Of a stretch of 62,739 nt of DNA, positions 35,416-43,562 are shown in pieces (the first letter of the stretch is position 1; each line of letters opens with the position of its first letter). Made by a program: the position numbers and the translations under genes. The notes under the pieces were generated by a model. It did not search any database. It had not been told where the DNA came from and saw nothing but the letters and a program-made list of their open reading frames with translations. This DNA is from Bacteroidota bacterium (GTDB lineage Bacteria; Bacteroidota; Ignavibacteria; Kapaibacteriales; UBA2268): NCBI GenBank assembly GCA_009777815.1, contig WRLB01000001.1, positions 1 to 62,739 of the forward strand, given 5' to 3'.

Positions 35416-36202
35416 TCTTAATCATATAGATTATATAGAAACAAAACTTAAAAAACCCATTGCAAATAAAGGTATTATAGAAATAGGTGTTAATTTTAAT
35501 GATTATTTTTCTTTTAATGATGCAAATAAATATGCTTCGTTATATGCAGAAAATTTTGTTAGAAAAGCAACTACAGATAAATCAAGGCAAGAAAAATCTT
35601 CCAAAGATAGCATATTAGGAAAATTAGTTGAGGAAGTAATAATTTATTTATTAGGTTCTTTTTTTAAAGTTAATAAAAGAGATTTTACAATAACAAATAA
35701 TAAAACCGAAAATGAAATTGTAGAAGATATTATATATTCTCTTTGCATAGAAAGAAAAAATACAGGACATATTAAAAACTTTGATACAGATATAATTATT
35801 TACAACAATAAAAATATTAATACAACTAGAAAAGTTTTTATATTGTCTGCTAAAGGCACTACAAGAGAACGAATTGGTCAATTTTTGTCGCATTTATTTT
35901 TGATGGATCAAGATGTTTTAAATGCAAAATATGGTAAAAATAAATATGAAGTAATTTTTGAAAAAGAAAATATAAAACTGAAATATGCTTTTGTTACGCT
36001 TGATTGGGCGGCAGGCAAAGATTTTATTAAATATACTAAAACAGGTAAAGAAAGAAACTCTGTAAAAGAAACAGAAGTGCAATTAATTTTAGATGATAAA
36101 AAACTCGGCGGTGGAATTTATGTTTTAAACAACAATGAAAATTTTGATGGTATAGGAAACTTTACAACACTCGCAGGAACTATCTGCGATTATTTGAAAT
36201 AA
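35408..36202 (+). CDS. Putative type II restriction endonuclease partnered with the SPPY MTase
   Basis: 264 aa. 8-nt overlap with the MTase and a GGAG Shine-Dalgarno. DTDIIIY ... ILSAKGTTRERIGQ resembles the D...SxK..(R)ER catalytic variant of CCGG-family (Cfr10I/NgoMIV-like) enzymes, from memory. Confidence 0.45.
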   Translation: MFNLNHIDYIETKLKKPIANKGIIEIGVNFNDYFSFNDANKYASLYAENFVRKATTDKSRQEKSSKDSILGKLVEEVIIYLLGSFFKVNKRDFTITNNKTENEIVEDIIYSLCIERKNTGHIKNFDTDIIIYNNKNINTTRKVFILSAKGTTRERIGQFLSHLFLMDQDVLNAKYGKNKYEVIFEKENIKLKYAFVTLDWAAGKDFIKYTKTGKERNSVKETEVQLILDDKKLGGGIYVLNNNENFDGIGNFTTLAGTICDYLK

Positions 36203-36208
36203 AACAGT

Positions 36209-36262
36209 AAACAATTTTTTTATAATATATAATGATAACCCCTTATTTCTCGGAGCAGAAAA
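36209..36262 (+). repeat. Cassette-head direct repeat C3 (54-bp core only), directly upstream of rpsJ
   Basis: AAACAATTTTTTTATAATATATAATGATAACCCCTTATTTCTCGGAGCAGAAAA. Confidence 0.95.
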
Positions 36263-36305
36263 TAGAAAAGTGCAAAGGGAATAAGAATATCTAAGGGAAA
36301 GTATC

Positions 36306-36617
36306 GTGGCAACACAGAAAATTAGAATATGCCTCAGAGCATACGACCATATCTTAATAGATAAATCGTCAGAGCGCATAGTTGATACTCTTAAAAAGAG
36401 TGGCGCCGAAATATCAGGACCAGTTCCGCTACCAACACGGCGCAGTTTATATGTGGTAAATCGTTCTCCACACGTGGATAAGAAATCTCGCGAACAGTTT
36501 GAATCAAGAATTCATAAGAGATTGATAGACATTATTAACTCTACACCAAAAGCAGTAGAAGCCCTAATGCGTTTGGAACTACCTGCAGGCGTAGATGTAG
36601 AAATTAAACAATATTAG
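36306..36617 (+). CDS. rpsJ: 30S ribosomal protein S10
   Basis: GTG start. [39 protein letters not shown]. Confidence 0.95.
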   Translation: MATQKIRICLRAYDHILIDKSSERIVDTLKKSGAEISGPVPLPTRRSLYVVNRSPHVDKKSREQFESRIHKRLIDIINSTPKAVEALMRLELPAGVDVEIKQY

Positions 36618-36625
36618 GAGGACCA

Positions 36626-37258
36626 ATGAAAATCACAAAGAAAGCCATTTTAGGCAAGAAATTAGGTATGACCCGAGTATTCAGCGAAGACGGAAGAATG
36701 GTTCCTGTAACTGTCGTTGAATGTGGTCCATGTCCTGTCGTTCAAATTAGAACTGACGAAAAAGATGGTTACTCCGCCATCCAAATCGGCTACCAAGTAG
36801 CAAAAGAAAAACATACGCCTCGTCCATTACAAGGACATTTTAAAAAGGCAGGAGTTTCGTTCCAAAGGCATCTTAAAGAGTTTAGGAATTATGAAAAAGA
36901 TGTCAAAGTTGGAGATATTATTACTGTAGAAGAGTTTGCAGTTGGCGATTTAGTCCGTATCTCAGGAACAAGTAAGGGTAAAGGTTGGCAAGGTGTAGTA
37001 AAAAGACATCATTTTAGTGGTGTTGGTATGCAAACACATGGTCAATCAGATAGACAACGACATCCTGGTTCTATCGGTGCTTCATCCGACCCATCAAGAG
37101 TATTTAAGGGCATAAAGATGGCAGGTCAGATGGGCAACAAGCGTGCAACATTACGCAATTTAGAAGTCGTAGAAGTGCTTCCTGAAAAGAACATCCTTTT
37201 AATTAAAGGCGGAGTTCCAGGAGCAAATAATTCATTTTTAGAAATAGATATGGTATAG
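36626..37258 (+). CDS. rplC: 50S ribosomal protein L3
   Basis: 210 aa. [42 protein letters not shown] Shine-Dalgarno. Confidence 0.95.
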   Translation: MKITKKAILGKKLGMTRVFSEDGRMVPVTVVECGPCPVVQIRTDEKDGYSAIQIGYQVAKEKHTPRPLQGHFKKAGVSFQRHLKEFRNYEKDVKVGDIITVEEFAVGDLVRISGTSKGKGWQGVVKRHHFSGVGMQTHGQSDRQRHPGSIGASSDPSRVFKGIKMAGQMGNKRATLRNLEVVEVLPEKNILLIKGGVPGANNSFLEIDMV

Positions 37259-37267
37259 GAGGCAACA

Positions 37268-37900
37268 ATGTTAGTAAATCTATATAACAAAACAGGAAAT
37301 ACTACGGGACAAATAGAATTGCCCGATAACGTGTTCGCAATAGAACCGAATGAACACGTAATGCACCAAGCAATAGTAACTTACCGTGCTAACCAAAGGC
37401 AAGGAACTAAAAAAACAAAAATACGCTCCGAAGTGTCAGGCGGCGGTAAAAAACCTTGGGGACAAAAAGGTAGAGGTGGAGCAAGAGCAGGTTCTACTCG
37501 CTCACCATTATGGCCAGGCGGCGGAACTATACACGGACCTAAACCCGTTGATTATAGAATGAACCTGCCTAAAAAAGTTAAACGTCTCGCAAGAAAATCT
37601 GCATTCAGCGCCAGAGCAGCAGAACAAAATATTTTCGTATTAGACGAAATGAATATGAACGAAGTTAAAACAAAAACGTTCTCTGAAATGCTAAAAGCAT
37701 TAAATTTAGGTAATACTTCTGTACTTGTTCTCACACCCGAATACAATAAGACATTGTATTTGTCATCAAGGAATATTCCAAATATTACCTTAAATGCTGC
37801 CGATAAAGTATCTACTTACGATATTCTTACACATCGTAAATTACTTATACTAAAAGACGCAATAGAACCTATAGTAAAAACTTTCGAAGGAGGTATATAA
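37268..37900 (+). CDS. rplD: 50S ribosomal protein L4
   Basis: 210 aa. GGGKKPWGQKGRGGARAGSTRSPLWPGGG. AGGAGG Shine-Dalgarno. Confidence 0.95.
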   Translation: MLVNLYNKTGNTTGQIELPDNVFAIEPNEHVMHQAIVTYRANQRQGTKKTKIRSEVSGGGKKPWGQKGRGGARAGSTRSPLWPGGGTIHGPKPVDYRMNLPKKVKRLARKSAFSARAAEQNIFVLDEMNMNEVKTKTFSEMLKALNLGNTSVLVLTPEYNKTLYLSSRNIPNITLNAADKVSTYDILTHRKLLILKDAIEPIVKTFEGGI

Positions 37901-38199
37901 TGCAAATAATCCAAAAACCAATATTGTCCGAAAAGGCAATGAAATACACTGCTGACGGCAGATATGTATTCCAATGCGTTCCTTCTACCAATAAAATAGA
38001 AATAAAGAAGGAAATAGAAAAAATATTCGAAGTTAAAGTAAAAAGTGTTAGAACTTTGAATGTTAAGCCGAAGGCAACACGTAGATTTACACGCACTGCC
38101 GTTCTACGTGGACACACTGCACGCCGTAAGAAAGCATATATCACACTTATGCCAGGATATAACATAGAACTTACAGGCGTAGATACACGTAGCGAATAG
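37900..38199 (+). CDS. rplW: 50S ribosomal protein L23
   Basis: 99 aa. ILSEKAM.., F.V....NK.EIKKEIEKIFEVKV..V. ATG overlaps the rplD stop (TAATG). Confidence 0.93.
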   Translation: MQIIQKPILSEKAMKYTADGRYVFQCVPSTNKIEIKKEIEKIFEVKVKSVRTLNVKPKATRRFTRTAVLRGHTARRKKAYITLMPGYNIELTGVDTRSE

Positions 38200-38225
38200 C
38201 AAATGCCGTGTATAATTAAATAAAT

Positions 38226-38258
38226 ATAGGCGTTGCAAAGCAACGCCTATTTGTGTTT
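38226..38258 (+). terminator. Rho-independent terminator directly after rplW
   Basis: ATAGGCGTTGC-AAA-GCAACGCCTAT followed by TTGTGTTT. Confidence 0.8.
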
Positions 38259-38335
38259 ATTGAACGTTCAAATGTTATAAAAATATGATATGAATATATT
38301 TTTTCTAATCTTTTTCGCATTTTTGTAAAAAAAGG

Positions 38336-38352
38336 AATTAGTAACGTTTTTA
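38336..38352 (+). other. Conserved motif AATTAGTAACGTTTTTA (copy 3 of 3)
   Basis: Same 16-nt core as 18053 and 25855. Here it is not followed by a tandem array. Confidence 0.6.
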
Positions 38353-38516
38353 GAATATTAAAGTTATTTTTTGTAGTAATATGCTGTTATACCAACCTTG
38401 TTTGGGTATCTACTAATTTTTATTATAAGTGTTTATTAAAGAATTAATGGTCTGTGTCAAGCACACTATTAAAAAATACAGAAGTTTTATTTTTAGTGGT
38501 ATATCAATTCAATTAT

Positions 38517-39146
38517 TTAAATAGCAAATAAAGTAGTTGCAGTGGGCAAGATTTTATTTAAAAACGAGGTTCTATGGTATTTGCATATTCCGTATTTTTT
38601 TATTAATTCAATATGTTCTTTTGTTCCATAGCCCTTGTGTTTAGCGAAATTATATTGCGGAAATTCTTTATCCACAATTTCAATCATAAAATTATCTCTA
38701 TAAACTTTTGCTAATATAGATGCCGCAGAAATCGACTTGCAAATACTATCGCCCTTAATAATAGTTCTAAACGGAATAGCATCAGAGCAATATCTATTGC
38801 CATCAATTAGCAAATAATCGGGTTGTATTTTTAGATTTGAAACAGCATTTTCCATTGCTTTCATTGTTGCATTTAGAATATTGATTTCATCAATTATATT
38901 ATTATTTATTTCCGCAATAGAATATGCGATGGCATTATTTATAATAATATCGGATAGTTGGTGTCGTTTTTTTTCTTTTATTAGTTTGCTATCATTTACT
39001 TCGTAGAACAAATTATTATTAATAGTTAGTATTATAGCGGCGGCGACTACAGGTCCAGCGAGTGGTCCTCTTCCTGCTTCATCTATTCCTGCGATATATT
39101 TATAATTTTGTTTTATAAGTTCTTCTTCTATACGAAAATCTGACAT
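38517..39146 (-). CDS. rnhB: Ribonuclease HII
   Basis: GIDEAGRGPLAGPVVAAA, DSK, SIAAASILAK. Start at MSDFRIEE (39146). The 55 extra N-terminal codons of the 264-aa ORF are a read-through of palindromic repeats. Confidence 0.9.
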   Translation of the reverse strand: MSDFRIEEELIKQNYKYIAGIDEAGRGPLAGPVVAAAIILTINNNLFYEVNDSKLIKEKKRHQLSDIIINNAIAYSIAEINNNIIDEINILNATMKAMENAVSNLKIQPDYLLIDGNRYCSDAIPFRTIIKGDSICKSISAASILAKVYRDNFMIEIVDKEFPQYNFAKHKGYGTKEHIELIKKYGICKYHRTSFLNKILPTATTLFAI

Positions 39147-39195
39147 ATAATTGTAAAAATAAAAATATTTAACATCTAAAAATATAGTTTGATAT

Positions 39196-39329
39196 ACTCT
39201 GTTATGCGGACTTGTTTCAGCATCTACTCGCATAAAATAAGTTGATGATGAAACAAGTTCAGCATAACTGCTTTTTAATAAATGGATGTCGAAACAGGTT
39301 CTATATGACATTTTTAGATGTCACCTAAA
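39196..39329. repeat. Cluster of F1 hairpins plus F3 tail
   Basis: TGCGGACTTGTTTCAGCA, GATGAAACAAGTTCAGCA, GTCGAAACAGGTTC, ATGACATTTTTAGATGTCACCTAA. Confidence 0.75.
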
Positions 39330-39330
39330 T

Positions 39331-40101
39331 TCACTCATCTAAAAAAGCAGTCATTGGACTACTTGCAAAAGCATAATTAAATGCACTCCCTAAACCTGAT
39401 TCATATCCCAACCTACCTGCTTCTACTGCCATTGCAAATGCTCTTGCCATATCTATTGGATGTTCTGCTATTGCTATTGCAGTATTTACTAAAACAGCAT
39501 CGGCACCCATTTCCATTGCTTCAGCAGCATCTGATGGCGAACCAATTCCTGCATCAATTATAACAGGAATATTACTTTGCGATATAATTATTTCTAACAT
39601 ATCTTTTGTTCGTAATCCTTTATTGCTACCTATTGGGCTTCCCAAAGGCATAACTGTTGCTGCACCTACGTCTTCTAACAACTTACATAAAACAGGATCC
39701 GCTTGAATATAGGGAAGAACTATAAAGCCCTGTTTTGATAAATCTTCGGTTGCTTTTAAGGTCTCTATTGGGTCGGGCAAAAGATATTTTGGGTCGGGAT
39801 GAATTTCCAATTTTATAAAGTTTGTTTCAAATGCTTCTCGGGCTAATTGAGCAGCAAATACGGCTTCTTTGGCATTGCGGACACCTGACGTATTAGGAAG
39901 TAATTTTATATTTGGATGAACAATATGTTTTAGCATATCATCTTCCGAATCATCTAAATCTATTCGTTTCATAGCAACTGTGACCATTTCTGTTCCTGAT
40001 GCTGCTATTACTTTTTGCATCATATCGTTTGATTGAAACTTTCCTGTTCCAAGAAACAAACGCGATGTAAATATCTTATTACCTATTATTAAATTATTCA
40101 T
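39331..40101 (-). CDS. thiG: Thiazole synthase
   Basis: 256 aa. [43 protein letters not shown]. Confidence 0.93.
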   Translation of the reverse strand: MNNLIIGNKIFTSRLFLGTGKFQSNDMMQKVIAASGTEMVTVAMKRIDLDDSEDDMLKHIVHPNIKLLPNTSGVRNAKEAVFAAQLAREAFETNFIKLEIHPDPKYLLPDPIETLKATEDLSKQGFIVLPYIQADPVLCKLLEDVGAATVMPLGSPIGSNKGLRTKDMLEIIISQSNIPVIIDAGIGSPSDAAEAMEMGADAVLVNTAIAIAEHPIDMARAFAMAVEAGRLGYESGLGSAFNYAFASSPMTAFLDE

Positions 40102-40105
40102 ATTT

Positions 40106-42601
40106 TCACTCCAGCAAGAACCCGTATTGATATACTTTTGGTTCTATTTTTGATGCTAATATATCTAATGTCTTTTTTAGATTATTTAGCAAATCCTTGT
40201 AATGTTCATCATCACTTTTAGTAAGCATTCTATTGTTTTTTCTGCCTTGGAAGTATTCACGAATATCATACAAACTGGCATTAGCATTATACTTCGACCT
40301 TGAAAAAGGATTGTCGTTTGCTACTGAATGATAATACTTCCATAACTCTCGCCCTGCATCAAAAACAGCAGTTGCTTCTTTACTAAATTCTCTTTTAGGC
40401 GATGGTATTGTGCCATTTTTGAATACGCCATTCCCGTTATCAATATGTATCTTACCTGCTATGAAATCGGACATAAAATTACTATCAAATGGCTTTCGTG
40501 CTTCCACTTCTTCTTCCGTAAAAGGTATCCAATGGTTAATTCCGTATTTTGCTTGGACATTATTTGCGTTATGAAACAGAGCATAAGCAAGACAATCATT
40601 TTTAAATTCTTTATCTTTTATCCAACCATCATTAGGATGCAAAAACTGGTCCCTATCGTTCAACCAAGTAGGTTTTACTATTTTCTGAACTGAAAGATAA
40701 ATGCAAGAACTAATTAAATTATCTTTTGTAATTTTATATGACGTAGTTTTGTAACTTTCAACTCCGCTATGAATATTAACAAAATTAGTATGTTGAAAAT
40801 CATTACCACCCTTATATCCCCAAGCAATGATATCATTTTCATTATCGTAATTATCGCTTAACCAATCATTTATTCGCGAATATTGGTCATAACAATAAAC
40901 TTTTTTGTCATTTAATTTTTTTACATCTTTTATTTCTTTAAATATTTCTTTATTATCTTTTTTCGCAAAATAGACATCAAATTTATAATCTTTAATTTCA
41001 TCTTTTATTGCTGTATTCCAACATTGAAATGCAATTGGAAATTGCCCTTTCACATTGTCAAAAGTCCAAGCAGGAATCAAAAATCCTTTTTCAAAATGTG
41101 CCTTAAAAAACTGACGGAATTGTTTAAAATTAGTTCCTTGAATATGTTTTAGTTTAGAAAAATGTCCTATTTTGCAATTAGGTATTTCAAAGTATATTCT
41201 TGCTAAAAATTGTGCGAACACTTCCTTACTCGCTGCTCCAAGTTCTTTTTTATAGTCATCTCTTATTTTTGTTTTGCCAATATTTTTCCTTCCTGCTTTT
41301 CCTTGAACAACTCGCATTCCTGCACTTTCTACATATGGTGGGTTCATAAATATAATAAGATTTTTTGGATCCTTTCTTATAACATTTTGTAATTTTAAAG
41401 GAAGTTTGCTAAAATCATCATTCAAAAAATCAAATTGAAAACAATTATCTTCATATAAATTAAGTTCGTTCTGCTGAACCCTACCCCGAGTAATATATAC
41501 ATTCTCTATGTTTATATCCGATATATACAATTTAGATTTATTAGTTAAGCCCTCCATCAAATTACCCGTTCCGCCCGCACAATCCCAAATAAAATAATCA
41601 TCCAAATCGCCCCAAGCAGAAGACATACACTCTTGCGCCTTCCTAACCCACATAGACGGCGTGAAAAACGCTCCAAGACGCTCACGTATATCCAAAGGAA
41701 CAAGCAAATCCCTACGCTTAAGAATTAAATCCCAATACTGCTCCGAAGGGGGACGCTTATACCTATTCCAAAATTGACAATGTGCCGACTGATTGTCTAT
41801 AAAATTAACTTTAATCTCCGCAATCAAGCCAATATTAGCATCAGGACCCTCTTTTTGTATCTTATAATAATCCGACTCTAACAAAATATAAAGTTTATCA
41901 TTTATAGTCGCTGTATCATTGTCCACCGACATCAAATCAGCAAGGAAAAAATCACCATCAAGAATATTATACGACTGCCTTATAGCATCCCAATCTGCAT
42001 CAATACTAATCTTCACCTCATCACGCCACCTATTATATACCTTGTTAAAATTATCAGAAGTTATCTGCTTTGCCTCCGAAGGACCAACACTATAAATATT
42101 CCTATCTATCCACTCTTTCAGTTCAGTTTTATCTTTTTTAAAATAAAAAACAAGTTGCTTAAAATCGTAAAGATTATCTGACTCATATAAAACCTCCTTA
42201 CGCTCAATAGCACCTTTGATTAAATGCGATATTTTTTTGAACTCTTTTGTGGTCGTATCCGAGGGACGGACCTTCCAATTAAAATCAGCAGTTTTATACT
42301 CATTATAAAGTATCTCTATAGCACTAAAAGGTATAAATGCTATTTTTTCATTATCAAAAACAGAAAGAAACCTCGGCGCTTCATATTCTTTTTGCACCTT
42401 ATAAATAGTGAAAATTAGTTGTGCAAACATTACATCAATGCGAGTAGGTTTCTTCTTGGCTTCGCACCAGATAATAGGTTCGTGATGATATTTCAATTCT
42501 AAATCAATACCTTTAAAACCCGGATTGTATTCACATTTTTTAAAGTAATTTGACCATATCTCGAACTTATTTTTTTCTTCTCTTTCATCTTTTATTAGCA
42601 T
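40106..42601 (-). CDS. Single-chain type IIG/IIL-like restriction-modification enzyme candidate (PD-ExK nuclease N-terminus + gamma-class N6-adenine MTase + C-terminal specificity region)
   Basis: 831 aa. [17 protein letters not shown] (D-x13-ExK). LGAFFTP (motif X), [11 protein letters not shown] (motif I), [11 protein letters not shown] (motif IV). About 330 aa of unassigned C-terminus. Confidence 0.6.
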   Translation of the reverse strand: MLIKDEREEKNKFEIWSNYFKKCEYNPGFKGIDLELKYHHEPIIWCEAKKKPTRIDVMFAQLIFTIYKVQKEYEAPRFLSVFDNEKIAFIPFSAIEILYNEYKTADFNWKVRPSDTTTKEFKKISHLIKGAIERKEVLYESDNLYDFKQLVFYFKKDKTELKEWIDRNIYSVGPSEAKQITSDNFNKVYNRWRDEVKISIDADWDAIRQSYNILDGDFFLADLMSVDNDTATINDKLYILLESDYYKIQKEGPDANIGLIAEIKVNFIDNQSAHCQFWNRYKRPPSEQYWDLILKRRDLLVPLDIRERLGAFFTPSMWVRKAQECMSSAWGDLDDYFIWDCAGGTGNLMEGLTNKSKLYISDINIENVYITRGRVQQNELNLYEDNCFQFDFLNDDFSKLPLKLQNVIRKDPKNLIIFMNPPYVESAGMRVVQGKAGRKNIGKTKIRDDYKKELGAASKEVFAQFLARIYFEIPNCKIGHFSKLKHIQGTNFKQFRQFFKAHFEKGFLIPAWTFDNVKGQFPIAFQCWNTAIKDEIKDYKFDVYFAKKDNKEIFKEIKDVKKLNDKKVYCYDQYSRINDWLSDNYDNENDIIAWGYKGGNDFQHTNFVNIHSGVESYKTTSYKITKDNLISSCIYLSVQKIVKPTWLNDRDQFLHPNDGWIKDKEFKNDCLAYALFHNANNVQAKYGINHWIPFTEEEVEARKPFDSNFMSDFIAGKIHIDNGNGVFKNGTIPSPKREFSKEATAVFDAGRELWKYYHSVANDNPFSRSKYNANASLYDIREYFQGRKNNRMLTKSDDEHYKDLLNNLKKTLDILASKIEPKVYQYGFLLE

Positions 42602-42607
42602 CTTTTA

Positions 42608-43453
42608 TCATTTATTTATGCAAAGATAAAGAAAATTATTCATAAAGTATTCTTTATTTTTGATTGCAGTATTAAATAGTGCTTCAATATTTAGGGGAGT
42701 TTTAACGTTATTATTGTTCGGCTTTACGCACAAATATCCATTGTTTGTTTGCTCGCAATATAAGGCATCATTGCTCGGCTGTTGCTCTATAACAAATTGC
42801 AATTTATTAGTAATTTCAGCAACGCTGTTATTCAAAAGTATCTGATTTTGCTCCAAAATTATTATAGGGTCAATCATATTTTCCAAATCTTTCACCTGAT
42901 GTGTAGAAATAATAAAAGTAGTATTTTCATTTAGCAAATTGGAAATAAGTTGCCTGAAAATAGTTTTAGAAGGGATATCAAGCCCATTCGTTGGCTCATC
43001 CATAAGAAGCAAAGGAGTTTTACAAGCCAGAGCAAAAGCAATCATAGTTTTCTTTTGCTGTCCGTAAGAAAACTCTTTCATTTTCTTTTTAGTATCTATG
43101 CTAAATATTTGTAAATATTCTGTGAAATTTTTATACGAGAAGTTTGGATATAGTTTGCCATATATATTTGCATATTCATTTGGCTTAATCGGTTGAGGAT
43201 TAAATACTTCAGGCAGGTAATATATTTTTTCGAGCATACTTGGTGTTCTTTTTTTAGTATCTGCATCAAAAGTTTTGCAATTACCTGAATTAGGGAACAA
43301 CAGACCACAAATTAATCTTAATAAAGTTGTTTTACCTACGCCGTTTTCCCCTAATAGACCATAAATATTCCCCATTTTAACATTTAGATTAATGTTTGAA
43401 AAAATAGGATTATTTTTATTATAGAAAAAAGTTAAATCATTAATTTTAATCAT
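42608..43453 (-). CDS. ABC transporter-type ATP-binding protein (no permease gene adjacent)
   Basis: Walker A GENGVGKTT, signature FSYGQQKK, Walker B LLLMDEPTNGLD, H-loop STH. Start at MIKINDLTFFY (43453). Confidence 0.85.
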   Translation of the reverse strand: MIKINDLTFFYNKNNPIFSNINLNVKMGNIYGLLGENGVGKTTLLRLICGLLFPNSGNCKTFDADTKKRTPSMLEKIYYLPEVFNPQPIKPNEYANIYGKLYPNFSYKNFTEYLQIFSIDTKKKMKEFSYGQQKKTMIAFALACKTPLLLMDEPTNGLDIPSKTIFRQLISNLLNENTTFIISTHQVKDLENMIDPIIILEQNQILLNNSVAEITNKLQFVIEQQPSNDALYCEQTNNGYLCVKPNNNNVKTPLNIEALFNTAIKNKEYFMNNFLYLCINK

Positions 43454-43460
43454 AGTATTG

Positions 43461-43468
43461 CAAAAATA
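43461..43468 (-). promoter_or_regulatory. -7 box 8 nt from the ABC ATPase ATG; leaderless candidate
   Basis: caaaaata equals TATTTTTG on the minus strand. Confidence 0.4.
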
Positions 43469-43562
43469 CATTTTTTATAAAAAAACCTTATTTTTGTAAT
43501 CTTATTTGGTCTCGACATATTAGATCGAGTTTTGTTTAACTATTAATTTAATCGGAGAAAAA

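Noticed and set aside
39147-39311. 55-codon N-terminal extension of rnhB (MSYRTCFDIHLLKSS..)
   Set aside because: It is a read-through translation of the F1/F3 palindromic repeats. RNase HII homology begins only after Met56.
40102-40105. TPP riboswitch expected upstream of thiG
   Set aside because: thiG starts 4 nt after the preceding ORF, so there is no room for a leader and no TPP-like conserved core is seen.
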